Assembly: GCF_902459465.1 (NCBI RefSeq)
Contig: NC_047073.1
Coordinates: forward strand, 5,890,001-5,954,000
DNA from: Asterias rubens
Lineage: Eukaryota
Direction of reading: 5' to 3'
Length of the DNA: 64,000 bases
Position 1 is the stretch's first letter; each line of letters opens with the position of its first letter. Below are positions 21,515 through 34,140 of this stretch, in pieces. The position numbers were made by a program, and so were the translations under genes. Under the pieces are notes generated by a model. That model searched no databases. It was not told where the DNA came from and saw only the letters and a program-made list of their open reading frames with translations.

Positions 21515-24500
21515 CTACAAGAAGTAGGAAGTTGAGAAGAGACGAGGCGAAAGGGAAGAGGGAGGAGGATGAGGAGTGTGGGGAGTATGGTGAGAGGTGG
21601 CATTGGAAGAAAGAGTATTGGATTGAGGGAGATGGGAGGAATTTAAAAGGGGTAGAAATGGGAGGAGTCATGCAAAATGGGAGGAATCATGCAATGTGGT
21701 TGGAGCCAGGCATTGTGGGAGGAGCCAGACAATGGAGTGAAGCCATTGAAGTTGGATTAAAGGTGCAATTGGATTATTTGGGATGAGATGAGATTGAACA
21801 ACGGACAGATTCAAGATTTGATGAAGTCAAAGAAAGAGAGATGAGCAGAAGACAAGTATGGTTATAACATTGGGGGATCCAAAATGGGTTGGGTTACAGT
21901 AGGAGTGGATCAACAGAAGGGCGGAGTCACAAAAGGGGTGGGGTCACAGAGGGGTGGAGTCACATGAGGGGCGGAGTCACAAAAGAGGGCGGAGTTACAG
22001 AAGTGGTAAAAACAAAAAGTTGACAAAGCAAACAATCATGATCAACATGACACACGGGGAGGTCAGCAAGTGAGATCAAACCAAATGTGGGTGATATAAA
22101 AATAGACAATTTATTTTTTTTAAGTGAGGTGAGGTGAAGGAAGTAGGTGAAGCAGAACAAAATGAGGATTTGAGCCAGATGGCATTGTATGAGTTCCACA
22201 AATAGAGAAGCGTTTTGATTAGTGGACCAAGGAAGGGTCAGGTAAAGGAGGAAGAAAAGACAAAGAGTTAAATGACAGATCAAGTTGAAATCAAAGAATT
22301 ATAAATGTACATGTTTTTTTCAAGAGGAACATGTTTACATCCATGATATAATAATTAGGTTGTGATGTGAAATGAGAAAGAAGTTGATAAGGTTATGTCA
22401 AGATGGATTGGAGGAAAAGAAATTATGAAAAGAGAAAATAAAAAGAGAGTTAAGGCTGATTAGAAATTGATTTCCACATTTGGTTTATATTTCTTTCAGT
22501 AATACAATATTGAAAACCAAGACTAACAACAACTTGTAGAAGGTATTGATGAACTAAAACTGGGAAAAAATGTTACTATCAAAAGTGACAAAGTTGTTTT
22601 CTATTAGGAGAAATGGTTTTCGACATTGTGGCTTTTTGTACAATTATCTTGTTTCCTTAATGCATTAAACATCATCGCAACTATAGTGAATGTGCGTAAC
22701 TGAAGTCTTCGATCAAAATGAGACACTTCTCATTTGCCATAATTTGAAGGTCTCTGGTATTGTCTGGACTCTGTCCTATTAACTAAAATGGTCTGAATTG
22801 CTACAGGACTTTGATTTGAGTCCGTAAAACCGAGTTGATTTTGATGAATTGCAGAGTTAAAGTAAGTACCGTTGCATTGTATTGTGAGTTGCGCCCCCCA
22901 GTGTCCTATACACAATAAGATGTTATAGTGTTAAAGGATTGTTAAGAAAGGATGCAATTTATTTTATTTTTTCAAACAAACAGCGAGGGGAAAATTAATG
23001 AGAGTAAAAAAACAAGTTAGCGATAAATCATACAATAAGTTAGGAAATGAACGTGAAAGTTTAATAGATGATTTTATAATGATGTGAAATAGCGGTTGAA
23101 GTTAATGTTGAGGATGAAGGATTGAAGTATACGTTAAGAAATGGTTTAAGGCCAGGAGTAAGAGAGGAGGGGTGGTAGGTAGAGGGAGGAGAGATGATAA
23201 GGAGGATGAGAAATTAAAGAAAATTGAAGGTGATGGGAGTGACGCAACCAAAGGAAAGACAAGATGAGCAGGGATGTGGAAAACGCATGAGTACAGAGAT
23301 GAAGACAAATTCAAGATGAGGAATCAAACGGGGAGATATGGGGGAAAGTTGGAGGAGGTTTTCAAGAAAGATGAAATCAGAAATGAAGGGGAGAAACAGA
23401 AAAAGGAAGAGGAAAATGGGAGAGATAAAAAAATAACAAGATGTTAGCATTCAAGGCATCAGATATGAATCAAAAAAGATGATTTGCAGAGAACAGATGC
23501 ATAAGTTTCTTTTCAACAATTAACAAAAGAAAAACAACTTGTGCTGAAAAAGTTTTACAATGTTTTCTAATTACCAAAAAAATTAATTCAGCGAGAAGTT
23601 TGAGGGTTTATTTTGAAGTAAGAATCAGAATGGATCGGGATGCATGTGAAACAACATAGCATGATGAAGCACACGAATCGACACACAATCAGAAGGATAC
23701 TCTACAACAGTAATCCCCGGTATTTTGAGGGGACAAGCAAGGACGAACAACCCTTTTTCACAGCATTCCTTTCTTTCTACACACACACAAAGTATTATTC
23801 GTTTTCAATGACAATTGTTTGTCAAAAAGCCTTAGGACTGGTAAGAGTGTTGGCTCTAAGGACGGTCGCCCATGGTAACACTACACGTTGTTATTTCAAA
23901 TGTGTGTAGAGCAGTACAGCAAACCAGAAGCCTTTGATACAGTACACGGAAATTGTGCCTAGCGGCCCTGATGCCCCCCCCCCCCCCTCCCCTCCCCTAA
24001 ATAGAATTGGGACTGGTGAGACAAATTTCTTTCGTTTTTTTCCCCCGCTTTTTTTTTTTTTTTTTTTCAGCACCTTTTCTTTGCTGGACAATGGAGGAAA
24101 TGTTGTTCCCTACTGGGATGAATTGTGTGACTGTCTGGAATGTACAAGGGTGTCTGGTTAGGAGCGATAATTGGTTTACATTAGCACCGGTATAGCACAA
24201 CAGGTGTATTGCTGAGAAATTGGGGGAAGGGTGGGGGAAACAGCATTGGAGATATCTAATGAAGGAATTTTGCAATCTTCTGTATCCAAACAGCTTTTCT
24301 TCTACTTTCTTGAAGGTTTTCTTCATCTAGTGTCAATACAAAATAACAACAAAAGCAACAACTAATTAAATACAAACACACAAACCCCCCCCCCCCCCAC
24401 CCAGACAAGCAGACCAAAAGAACGGTTTTAAATTCTTCACAATTTAAAGACGAACCTACATTTAGACTGTAGAACTTGTACAGATGTGTGGTTACTGGCC

Positions 24501-25732
24501 AAATGGTAAAGTTAACTGGTGTTTGGCTAAAAGTGGTCCAGTGGGTATTTCAAGCAATGGCATTCCTTTCTAAATCTTGACATAGAACTTTCATTTACAA
24601 AATGTCTTGAAAAAAATTGGGACCCCCTCTTTTTGTAAAAAAAGAAAAAAATTGCAAACCCCAATTTAAAATTATGCTTAGAACCCTTACACAGATATCT
24701 ACCCCAACCCTAATTACATACTTTACTTGGAAGGTTCTTTTCTTTCACATTCTTCACCTCTACCCCTTATATCATAAGCTGTGTAAACACAATAAGTAGC
24801 TGAGCAAAAAATAGTGTCGGCGACCAGAAATGGTTTACCAGCCAAAATACCATTTCACATGTACAATAATAATTTGTAACTGGTTTCCTGTTCAATTTAG
24901 CTAAGCCAAAAATTTGTTAAGCACTTTTCTTTTGTGGCCTTGCCGGTAACATTTGAGTTCCGTCTCCGAAGTTACACTAGTTCTTGACATGCTGGCCACA
25001 GACAGTGGCTGAGACAATCTTGCTTTTAGTTCAACGACAACTAAAACTCTCGGCCGGCCTCGCTGATCTTGTTTACCTGTATCCCCGATAGATGTTGTCG
25101 TTTTGCGCAGCGATTCCTTAATCCCAAACGAATAGATTAACGGCGCCTATGAGTGGTTTGTACACCAGGGCTTGGCTAAGGTGACATATTTGCCGGGTTG
25201 CCGTGGTTACAGTCTATTCACGGTTTGGTCTGAGAATAGCGTATTCAAGAGTCGTTCCGCAGCAGTGCAAACTTGACACCTTGCGAGGGGGAATTAATCA
25301 TGCATGCTTGGGTTTTAATCCAGCCGGTGTCTTTGTGCATTTCTCGACAAGATGGCCCAATTTTTACGATGAGAAAATGCATTTTATTACATACACATTA
25401 ACTTGAGAGAATCGGGGAGTGATGTTAAGCGGATGCTGGCTTGCGCATTAAAGCGGATTTGCACCCCACCTTAACGGTCAAGGGTTGTGAAATCAAACCA
25501 GGATGGAATTTGTGAGAGCGCTTTAAATTACCCCCCCCCCCCCCCCCCCAACCCAGAGGGTATTATGTGTAATCTGTAGTACTTTTATATATAAATATTC
25601 AGGTACTTCGCCTTTTTAGGGGTATCATGTTTTTATATGCAACGGCAATAATTAATTATGGGCCACATTGTTGGCAAAGAGAAACATCTTTGAGCTTCAG
25701 TCATTGGTAAGGCATTGCAGATTATTGCAACA

Positions 25733-26040
25733 TTATTGAGATCGACCAGTGCAAAAAACTTGAAAAGCCCAATGTGAAAATGAGACCAGTGAAACAAACT
25801 TGGAAAATTCAATGAAAAAAATAGGACCGGTGAAAAAACTTCCTCTACAAAATGAAACCTGTGAACAAAAAAATTGATGGCTCAAAGAGAAAATGAGACC
25901 AGTAAAAAATAACTTGGAAAGCTCAATGCCAAAATGAGACTGGTGAAAACAATTTAGAAAACTCAATGAGAAAATGAGACTGGTGAAAGAAAATTGGAAA
26001 GCTCAATGACAAAATGGGACCAATGAAAAAAACTTTAGAA
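25733..26040. repeat. Degenerate tandem repeat (aaaatgagaccagtgaaa...aacttggaaa.ctcaatg)
   Basis: About six recurring copies of roughly 45-55 bp. Confidence 0.75.
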
Positions 26041-28628
26041 AATGGGTCGTCATTTTGCCATACAAAGGTGTCGCATGATATCATTTTGTTGTTCTACATG
26101 GCATGTCACATCCATTGCATCCATAGTTAAACACAGAGTATAAAATTGAGCTCAGCTTTCTATTTCCAGCCCTGATACTTCAAGACGGCAAATAGTCCTA
26201 TTGCCTCTAACTTCTGCCGCAATGCCCTTCAATATCCCCTTTTCACTGAAGTTTTCAGTAACCTATAAACTCAAATCCAATTTATGGTGTCAAATTTTGT
26301 CACTGTTTCTCAAAGAAATTTTGCTTTTGACATTACAATTTGTGCAAAAAAACCGCTTAAACTTGATACAGTACACTTTTTTAAAGTGTTTATGAAGATC
26401 CTCTCAGTCTCTTGCCGGAAAAAAAAACACAGAGCAGGTTTTCATTGAATTTATCTCTTCACAAATATCCTTGGATTTTTACAGCATTAAATAAATCCTT
26501 CAAAATAATTGCGTTCAAATTATTTTGACAAATAACGAAAACAAATCGCACAACCGGCTAGGCTTGACATAAATAGTTGGCGGCAAGGCCAGCCTCTTTA
26601 CGGGACCATGAATTATTGCCTGATTGCTCCCGGACAAAATGACGGCTGTCCATTATTAAATAATAGCAAATAATAATGACGTCTTTATAACGTGGATATC
26701 CAAGAAAGTGTTTTGGTGGTTTTTTATTTTGATTACATAGATGATGACTGTAAAGTACGATTTGATTGATCAGTTTGTGAAAATGTCTGCAGGAGGGAGG
26801 AGGGGGGGGGTTCATTATTGGCAAGCACTGAGCAGAAAAGAGGATAAAACGGGAAAGGACTCAAAGGTAAAACAATTCTTTCCGCCAGCTCTCTGAGAGT
26901 AACATGGGGGCATAACTTGGATCATCCATTAGGACTGTCTCCTCGTTCGATTTTAATTCAAAGGGATAGAGCGGGATGATGCAATTTATTCTCCAATATC
27001 TGAGATTGACGGAGACTGATCGGCCATTGATTGTGCCCTGACACAATCGCATCTAAATTAGCCGCTCATGTTGTCGTCAACGGGCCAAGGTTGTTTTGTG
27101 GACACTCATCATTTCCATCTTAACTGCCCCCAGTGAGGAGGCAATTTTATTTTCAAGTCAAATTCCCTCAAGTAATTTTTTTTTTCTTTTCCCAATTCCC
27201 AAAAGGTCACTACAAAACAAATTATCATCGAACCATCTCCAGTTTTTCAAACTCCCAAGAGTGACCAATCTTCTGAATTGCAAATATTGTTCTTATTTTT
27301 CTATATATACATATAACAAATCTCAGAGAATCTATCAGTTCACGCAACATAGATTAAAAACCCTGTTATGATTCTTCTCGAGGCTTTAATTGGCTCAACC
27401 CTTTAAAAGCAAACCCCTACCCCCCCCCAAATCCCTCACTTCGAAGTTGAGGTGTTTTCTGTGATAGCACAATTTAGCAGCAGCTTAACTCCACTCCAAA
27501 TACTGCCAGTGGCATAGTGCTATACAATTTCACCGTCTTATAAATTATGCAACGACGTTCAACGTCGTCATTGGATCGGAAAGCGGGAAAAGCCTGTATC
27601 GGATAAGCGCAAGGTCTTAAAATGCACTTCAGGTTGTACCCAGGCGTAATAATGAGTTTGCGCAACGTTACACCGAGTTAGAACAAGTTCCTGTTCAGTT
27701 GGTGTGAAGAAGTTAATGCATCTAATACCCTGCGCCCTAAATTCATATTTTGTTACACACGTCAAATCCACTGGCACTCAACGGTACTTGATTTTTCACT
27801 GAGTGGTTCCAGTACTAGGATGGACTCGTTGAAAATTCACTTTCTGTGTTTTCGGGAAAATACTGTCATGCTTACTTGGAACGGGATGGTAGAGCTCTTT
27901 TGTTTATAAAAGAAATCTGACTCCTGCATATTCTGCTTATTGATATGTGTCATTCACAAACAAAATTATGAAAAGGCAAATTTTATGAGCATTCGTGTAC
28001 AACTATGTCGCAGATATAAATGTACAGGTAATTGTTCTGTGCAATATGTTCCACAACAACACTTTTGTCAGACTGTCCGTTCTTTCCTCAAAAAGAAACT
28101 TCCCTTCAAAAAAAAAATAGTGGTTTGATCCCTTGTTAATTTATAGGTAAAATTCAACAAAATAACAGAACCAGACCATTCTGTGGGCCTTTTATGTAAC
28201 ACAGCAATTAAATTTATACATTTTACAAACAAATGATAACAAAATAGAAGCAACCAGGTTAAGAAGCCATTAAAAAATATTTAATTTAAAAAGTTAATTT
28301 AAAAAACTTAATAAGCAAAATTGTACTCTGAAAAATTGACTAATGGAATTTGTGGAGGAGATGGTGAACAGCGCAGTAATGTAATATTCGTGTATGCCTC
28401 GTGCAGCCAAGTAATTTCCCTGTAATTGTAGCAATTACCTGATTTCGATCAATATGAGGAAAGGTTCAAGGTATATTCAGGTTAGTCTAATGTAGTTAGT
28501 CATGCAAGGTTATCAGTAATCGTTATTAATTATTAGTATCGGCCTATATTTTATATTTTTGACTTGGTGCTACTTAAGTGAAGCTTTGTATGGTGTCAAG
28601 GATCAGAATCAACTATAAGTAATAGTGG

Positions 28629-28882
28629 ACTTGCAGGTACAACTATGTAAAAATTCTCCCCCTTTTTTTCCTCTTTTTTCTGAGGGAGTGTTGGCTCTGA
28701 AACGAGCCAGTTTTGGTCTCGATGCTCCTAACTGCATACTCTGGTCGCCTTCGGGAGAAAAGCTGGAAATCTTCCTCAGCTTTCTCCTGAAGACGAGCAG
28801 AATATACTAGTCGAACACTGGCTTTTTTCAGAGCCAACACTCCACTAAGAGAGAATCATTACATGGTTGTACCGGTAAGTTT
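28629..28882. mobile_element. Head-to-head inverted pair of Penelope-like/retrozyme terminal units with decayed hammerhead cores
   Basis: Both arms are homologous to the 54130-54535 units (gagccaacactcc, tttctcctgaaga). Confidence 0.6.
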
Positions 28883-29777
28883 AATTTCTATTTATAGATT
28901 ATTCTTAGTGCTGCTTTCCAAAAACCTTCTTTCCAGCGCAAGAATGCATGTTTGTTGCATGCAAGTTTGTTGTGAAATCTTAGTCTCCATCCAACTGATG
29001 GTCTGATTGAGTCAGTGAAAGCGTTATTCCGTGTCTGCGACGGTAAATTATAAATGTGATTCCACGACTCCGTTCGGCGATCTTTTGGAGTTTGTGTTGG
29101 CTCTAGGGGTATCTGGGCTTCATGTACACGCACATCAATCGAGCCAAAGTAAATTACAATCTGATTAATACATTTCCCACGGGGAACTCTTGACTTCAAT
29201 GATCTATCAGAATACTTTAGAGCAAGGTAACGCATCGCTAAATCATTTGTAACCTGCTGAAAGATGCAGGATGTCTCATTGGGTCAGGGAAAAGCTCATC
29301 GGCTTCCATTAGTGGCGACAGGTAATGGAGAACGTTTTATGCTTTGTCAGAGATGCTGTATACGTTTATCTGTTTACATGTAAAGGCCTTGGGGAAAAAA
29401 GGGAACCAATAGCAATGGCCAGGGTGCCCTGTGCTTTTGCTGTGGTGCCAGCTGCAAAATTTACATTTCCCTCCTAGAAGTGCCCCTTTCCAGTGGAAGA
29501 TTGCTGTACCCCTTCAAGTGCGAAGTTCAAGGCCGCCAATAGACTTTTCAGGCGATTTAATATTAATTTTACAGATATTTCTGAGTGCCAAAAGAAATCG
29601 GTAATCAATCTAAAATAGGAGAAATATCATGCCTTTTAAACTTTGACAAAAACAGAGAATGGATTTTTGGAACAGTTGGGGTTTGTTAGGAGTGGAAGTC
29701 GAAGATGGAAGATGTTTAAAGGTTGAGAATTGAGATGGAGCTTAACAGCGGGTGTGTGTTCCTGATGATGAACCTAC

Positions 29778-29924
29778 CTGATGTGCCGGGGAGTTATCTG
29801 TCTTCAACTCCTGATGGGTGGAGAACTGGACAAAGACAGGCTTGCCGTGCAGTGTAGTCGTGACTTGGTTGTAGTAGGATATCATTTTTGTGGATTGGCT
29901 AACATCGGCAAGCTCTATAAATGC
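29778..29924 (-). CDS. PTBP1: PTB RRM1, C-terminal part (AFIELADV...VQFSTHQELKTDNSPAHQ)
   Basis: Matches PTB AFIEM...IQFSNHKELKTD; atttcag|GCA and CAG|GTAGGT; 147 nt; missed by the ORF track. Confidence 0.96.
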
Positions 29925-30279
29925 CTGAAATAGTGATAGGGGAGGGACATTGAAGAATTATTGTTAATGTGGGCCGAAATGAATTGGAACACAAATGATC
30001 CAAGGGGATGATAACTCCAACTTTAACTTCATTTTTTTCTAAATTTTATTTTATACTGCAATCAAACAAAAATTACAATTCGATACAATTTAAATTTTGG
30101 TCAAAATACAACTGACAAACAACTTGTTGTCCTTAAACTGTCTTACTTGTTCCAACATTGCATGCTAAATGCATTTCTAAATTTAAATAAACTACAAACC
30201 ATTCAGCTTCTAACCACTTAGCAGCTTAAATTTGATGAGCTATCATTCATAAACATGTATGTGTAGTCTTAGTGATGTA

Positions 30280-30535
30280 TCATTCGAAGTGGTCTAGTTT
30301 GCCGGACCCAAGCTCTTGTGTTGTCAGCAGCAGCAGAGTGTGGGTTCGAATCCTGTGCCCTTGAGCAAAGCACTTAACTACAACTGCTTTGTAAAAAAGT
30401 TGGGATGGTAAAACGCACTCTGTTCTACCACTGTGAAGAGGGTAACCCAGTCTCAGCCCCAGGAGAAGGTGGCAATGTGTCCCCGGTGACAGGTCGGTTT
30501 GGGTTAAAGGTAGCCCTCACCTTCAAGTGGCCATC
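30280..30535 (+). mobile_element. tRNA-derived SINE with CORE-like domain
   Basis: gggttcgaatcc B-box followed by cccttgagcaaagcacttaac. Confidence 0.75.
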
Positions 30536-30618
30536 CAACCTTTTGATGATAAGCGATCCCTCATAATAATAAAAAAACAATACAAATACAAATATTTTTG
30601 TTTGAGAAGTCCACTCAC

Positions 30619-30759
30619 CTGGCCTTTGTTTCTGATGCATAGGACCTTGGTGATAGTTCCAAACGGAACACCTAGGCTGACCACCTCAGCTTCATTCACG
30701 TCTGGCGCTAAGTTACGGATGTGAACCACCCGGGACGGAGGTGCCGCCTCCCTCTTCAC
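30619..30759 (-). CDS. PTBP1: PTB RRM1, N-terminal part (VKREAAPPSRVVHIRNL...RNKGQ)
   Basis: PSRVVHIRNL matches PTB RRM1 RNP2; tttgctcag|GTG and CAG|GTGAGT; 141 nt. Confidence 0.97.
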
Positions 30760-31701
30760 CTGAGCAAAGAAAAGACAAAACAGAATTGAGGATTAAAATT
30801 TCAGTTGCCTTAAAAGAAAAGACAGCTCGGTTGGGCTATACAGTTCGTCAAGGTGGCTTGGAAGCAGCTGTTGTGGAAGGGATGCCAGAGGGATATCGCT
30901 GTTTCATGGGCCGATCATAGATGCACTGGGTAGACAACATCCTAGAACAATCGGGTTGTGATATCACCCGGAAAGACGAGCTGTGTTGGGAGCGATGTCA
31001 GTGATCCAAGGGGTACAGTTTGAGGAGAGCACAGGTCTACGTCTACTGGAGAGAGAACGATCTCACTAATCAAAACATTGTTCATCTGACTATCTCCGGC
31101 TATGGCTAAAGCAAATAAAATAATCTTGTACATACATATTCAATGCAATCACTTGTCAGAGCCAGATCCAAAGCCAATCAATTTTTACAAAGACTTATGG
31201 GATGAGGTTTGGTTAAGTAGTTTCTACGCAGCTGAAGTCGCTGTTTCTGAGTTACAGCCTCACTTGAAATGATTCCGTAAGTGCAGAATTATGCAGTTAA
31301 TAGCGCCATAATATTAGGCCCTGATGAGATCCCATTAACCCTAACTCCTCAGTGCAATCCATCATTGCTCATAATACATGTAGGACTCATATAGGCTTTT
31401 TGTTAGTGTAACTACCTTTCACAGGTAATGGCTTCTTAATATACATCTTACACAAGAGCCCAATTTCATATAGAGGACTTAAAAGCAGAAAATATAACCT
31501 TCTTCTGCTAAGCATAAAGGAGCTGGATACCAGTCACACATGTGACACAGCACTCTGGGTGGTAACCTTATATTGGTAAGCATATAATCATACTTTTTGC
31601 ACTTGAGCGGATCTAAGAAAAAGGGATCTGGCCTGGAACACAAAAAAAACAGTTCCTTGAATTACAAGGGCTCATTCCATGTGTTTTGCTTGTTAGGGCA
31701 A

Positions 31702-31788
31702 GGCTGCATTTCCTTGGTATAACAAAAATAGGCTGCGTTTCCTTGGTATAACAAAAATAGGCTGCGTTTCCTTTGTATAACAAAAATA
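31702..31788. repeat. 29-bp tandem repeat x3
   Basis: ggctgcgtttccttggtataacaaaaata. Confidence 0.9.
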
Positions 31789-31900
31789 AGTAAAGGACGC
31801 CTCGATCTACGTAGGAAATAGTAAATATCTACAGGATCATTTCAAGGGGCACCAAGGCAATGACCGGGGCAAACTCCCCTGAAGCAATCACGCCTGCCAT

Positions 31901-32172
31901 ATTTGTCTTAACACTCAAGGTGTCCCTTAAGGTATTGCATACAGCAGTCAGTGAACACTTTAAATGCATAACGATGATACAACAACATCTTATTTGTCTT
32001 AACACTCAAGGTGTCCCTTAAGGTATTGCATACAGCAGTCAGTGAACACTTTAATGCATAACGATGATACAACAACATCTTATTTGTCTTAACACTCAAG
32101 GTGTCCCTTAAGGTATTGCATACAGCAGTCAGTGAACACTTTAATGCATAACGATGATACAACAACATCTTA
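31901..32172. repeat. 90-bp tandem repeat x3
   Basis: atttgtcttaacactcaaggtgtcccttaagg...gatacaacaacatctt, near-identical copies. Confidence 0.95.
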
Positions 32173-33802
32173 CAACACATCGGTGTGAATGAATGCTCAG
32201 ACCACCAGAACAGTCCACCAAAACGCTCACGTTCCTAGTCTCATGAATACCACTTGTCTACTTTTAGCATAAACGGAGCCAGACTAGACGATTGTTCCTA
32301 GCCTTGGTTTAACTATAATATTTTATAATAACCAACTGATAGTTGATACAAGAATGGTAAATAAACAGAGGTTGGAATATTAATGCAAAACAAAAAGGTC
32401 TGAAATTGAAATCTAAATATTATTAAAAAGACAGTATGAATGAGGGCATTTCCCCCTTTTGATAACCCATTTTTTTCCAGGAACTTTTAGGAACAACATC
32501 CTCAGCGCTAGAGATGTGGATTATAAGGCAGGATTTCTTCACTCACATTGGAAGAAAACAACTAGCTCCTTTTTCTACCATACCAGGCAGAAGTTTAAAA
32601 AAAGTCTGAATTCAGATAAAAATAATTCATTCTCCACCCTGGTTTAAAAATTATTGGTACAAATTTCTCTACACTAAGAAAAGTGAAAGTATTTCCCTCG
32701 GCTATCACTACTGTTTGCTTTATGTGTCATGTTGTACATAATTATTTGTACAACACTTTGGATCCAGAAATAAAATACAACTAAAGAACACATTACTATG
32801 GTTCTGATACTGCCTTTAAAAGCATTCCAGTATTTTTTGTGTGATGTGACTGGTTTGGCCTTGCGGTTATGTTAATGTGTCCAACAGGTGGTAAGTGTAG
32901 TGGAAGGCTAAGCGAGGGCACTGAATGGAAACACTGCTATGGTTCTGAAGAGGGGAAAAACTACAATTGAACGTATGTTGATGATGAATCCATGGCAGAA
33001 GCAGCCATTGTCAAGTTATCATAGGGGGACACGATGTAAAAGCTACATTATTTATAGGCAAAACAAATGTTGGGTTTCATTTAAGATATTACAGCAGCTT
33101 GTGAGCATTTGTTCTTATCGGTTACTTCCTCTATTGGGGAAAGAAAAGTTATTGTTTCAGGTTTTTATTTTTCCTACATGGGATTGTCGGCCTCAGACAG
33201 TACAGAGTACATTTTAATAATTAGCTATCTTTATTTATTACACACCTAACCACTCAATAAGCGCCAATAACGGGATTGATAGGAAACAAAGAAGAAATGT
33301 TCAGTTTTAGATGTGGGAGGTAAACCCCAAATGGGGATAACCCAAGCAGTCTGGTATGGATGGAAAACCCAATCCATACATGTACATTTATGCAAGGCTC
33401 TGGTATTGATGGTAAAGCTCTGTGATCGCACAGTAAACATTGGTGTTGAGTAAAAACTCAAAACTAAGGTTTATCCCAATTCAGGAATTGTTCTCATTTC
33501 AACCTGGGAATATGGGGTAAAAACAAGACAATTACTAAAAAAGACTCTTGAAAGACAAAACAATGACATGAAAGATGTCATTCGGAGACACAAAACAAAA
33601 GGAGAAATACATCATCAATAGTGCTATCACTAATTACTAGGTTTGGATGATGACGAGTCAGTTTTCAAACGGTACGTGGAAACTATCTGAACTTGACACC
33701 ATATTGATAAGCTCAAAGATAATATTTCTTCCATTACATACAGACACTAGATGTGTAGCTGTACTACCAATGTTGTATGTAGTACTTGCACAAAGGTGTA
33801 TA

Positions 33803-34140
33803 TTAAAGCCAGTGGACACTTTCGGTATACAGTGTTGTCCAAGGCCCACACTTCGTGTATCACAACTTATATATACAATAACAAACCTGTGAAAATTTAG
33901 GCTCAATCGGTCATCGGAGTAGGGAGAAAATAACGGGAAAACCCACCCTTGTTTCCGCACGTTTCGCCGTGTCATGACATGTGTTTACTCAAATCCGTAA
34001 TTCTCGTTGTCGAGAATTGATAATTGTTTGAATGTTTTCTCAAAAAGTAAAGCATTTCATGGAATAATATTTCAAGAGAAGTCTTTTACAATTACCTTCT
34101 GTAAACCCTGTAAGTTATTTGTAAATCTGTGAACTTTTTT
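33803..34140. mobile_element. TTAA-flanked non-autonomous DNA element, truncated
   Basis: Starts ttaaagccagtggacact; internal ataacaaacctgtgaaaattt shared with 57394-57775. Confidence 0.65.

Noticed and set aside
21429-23450. Phe/Leu/Ser/Pro-rich minus-strand ORFs and Glu/Gly-rich plus-strand ORFs
   Set aside because: By-products of pyrimidine bias and AG depletion, which removes TAG stops; not coding
31908-32180. 90-aa repetitive ORF and CRISPR-like regular spacing
   Set aside because: Simple 90-bp tandem duplication with no unique spacers, in a eukaryotic intron
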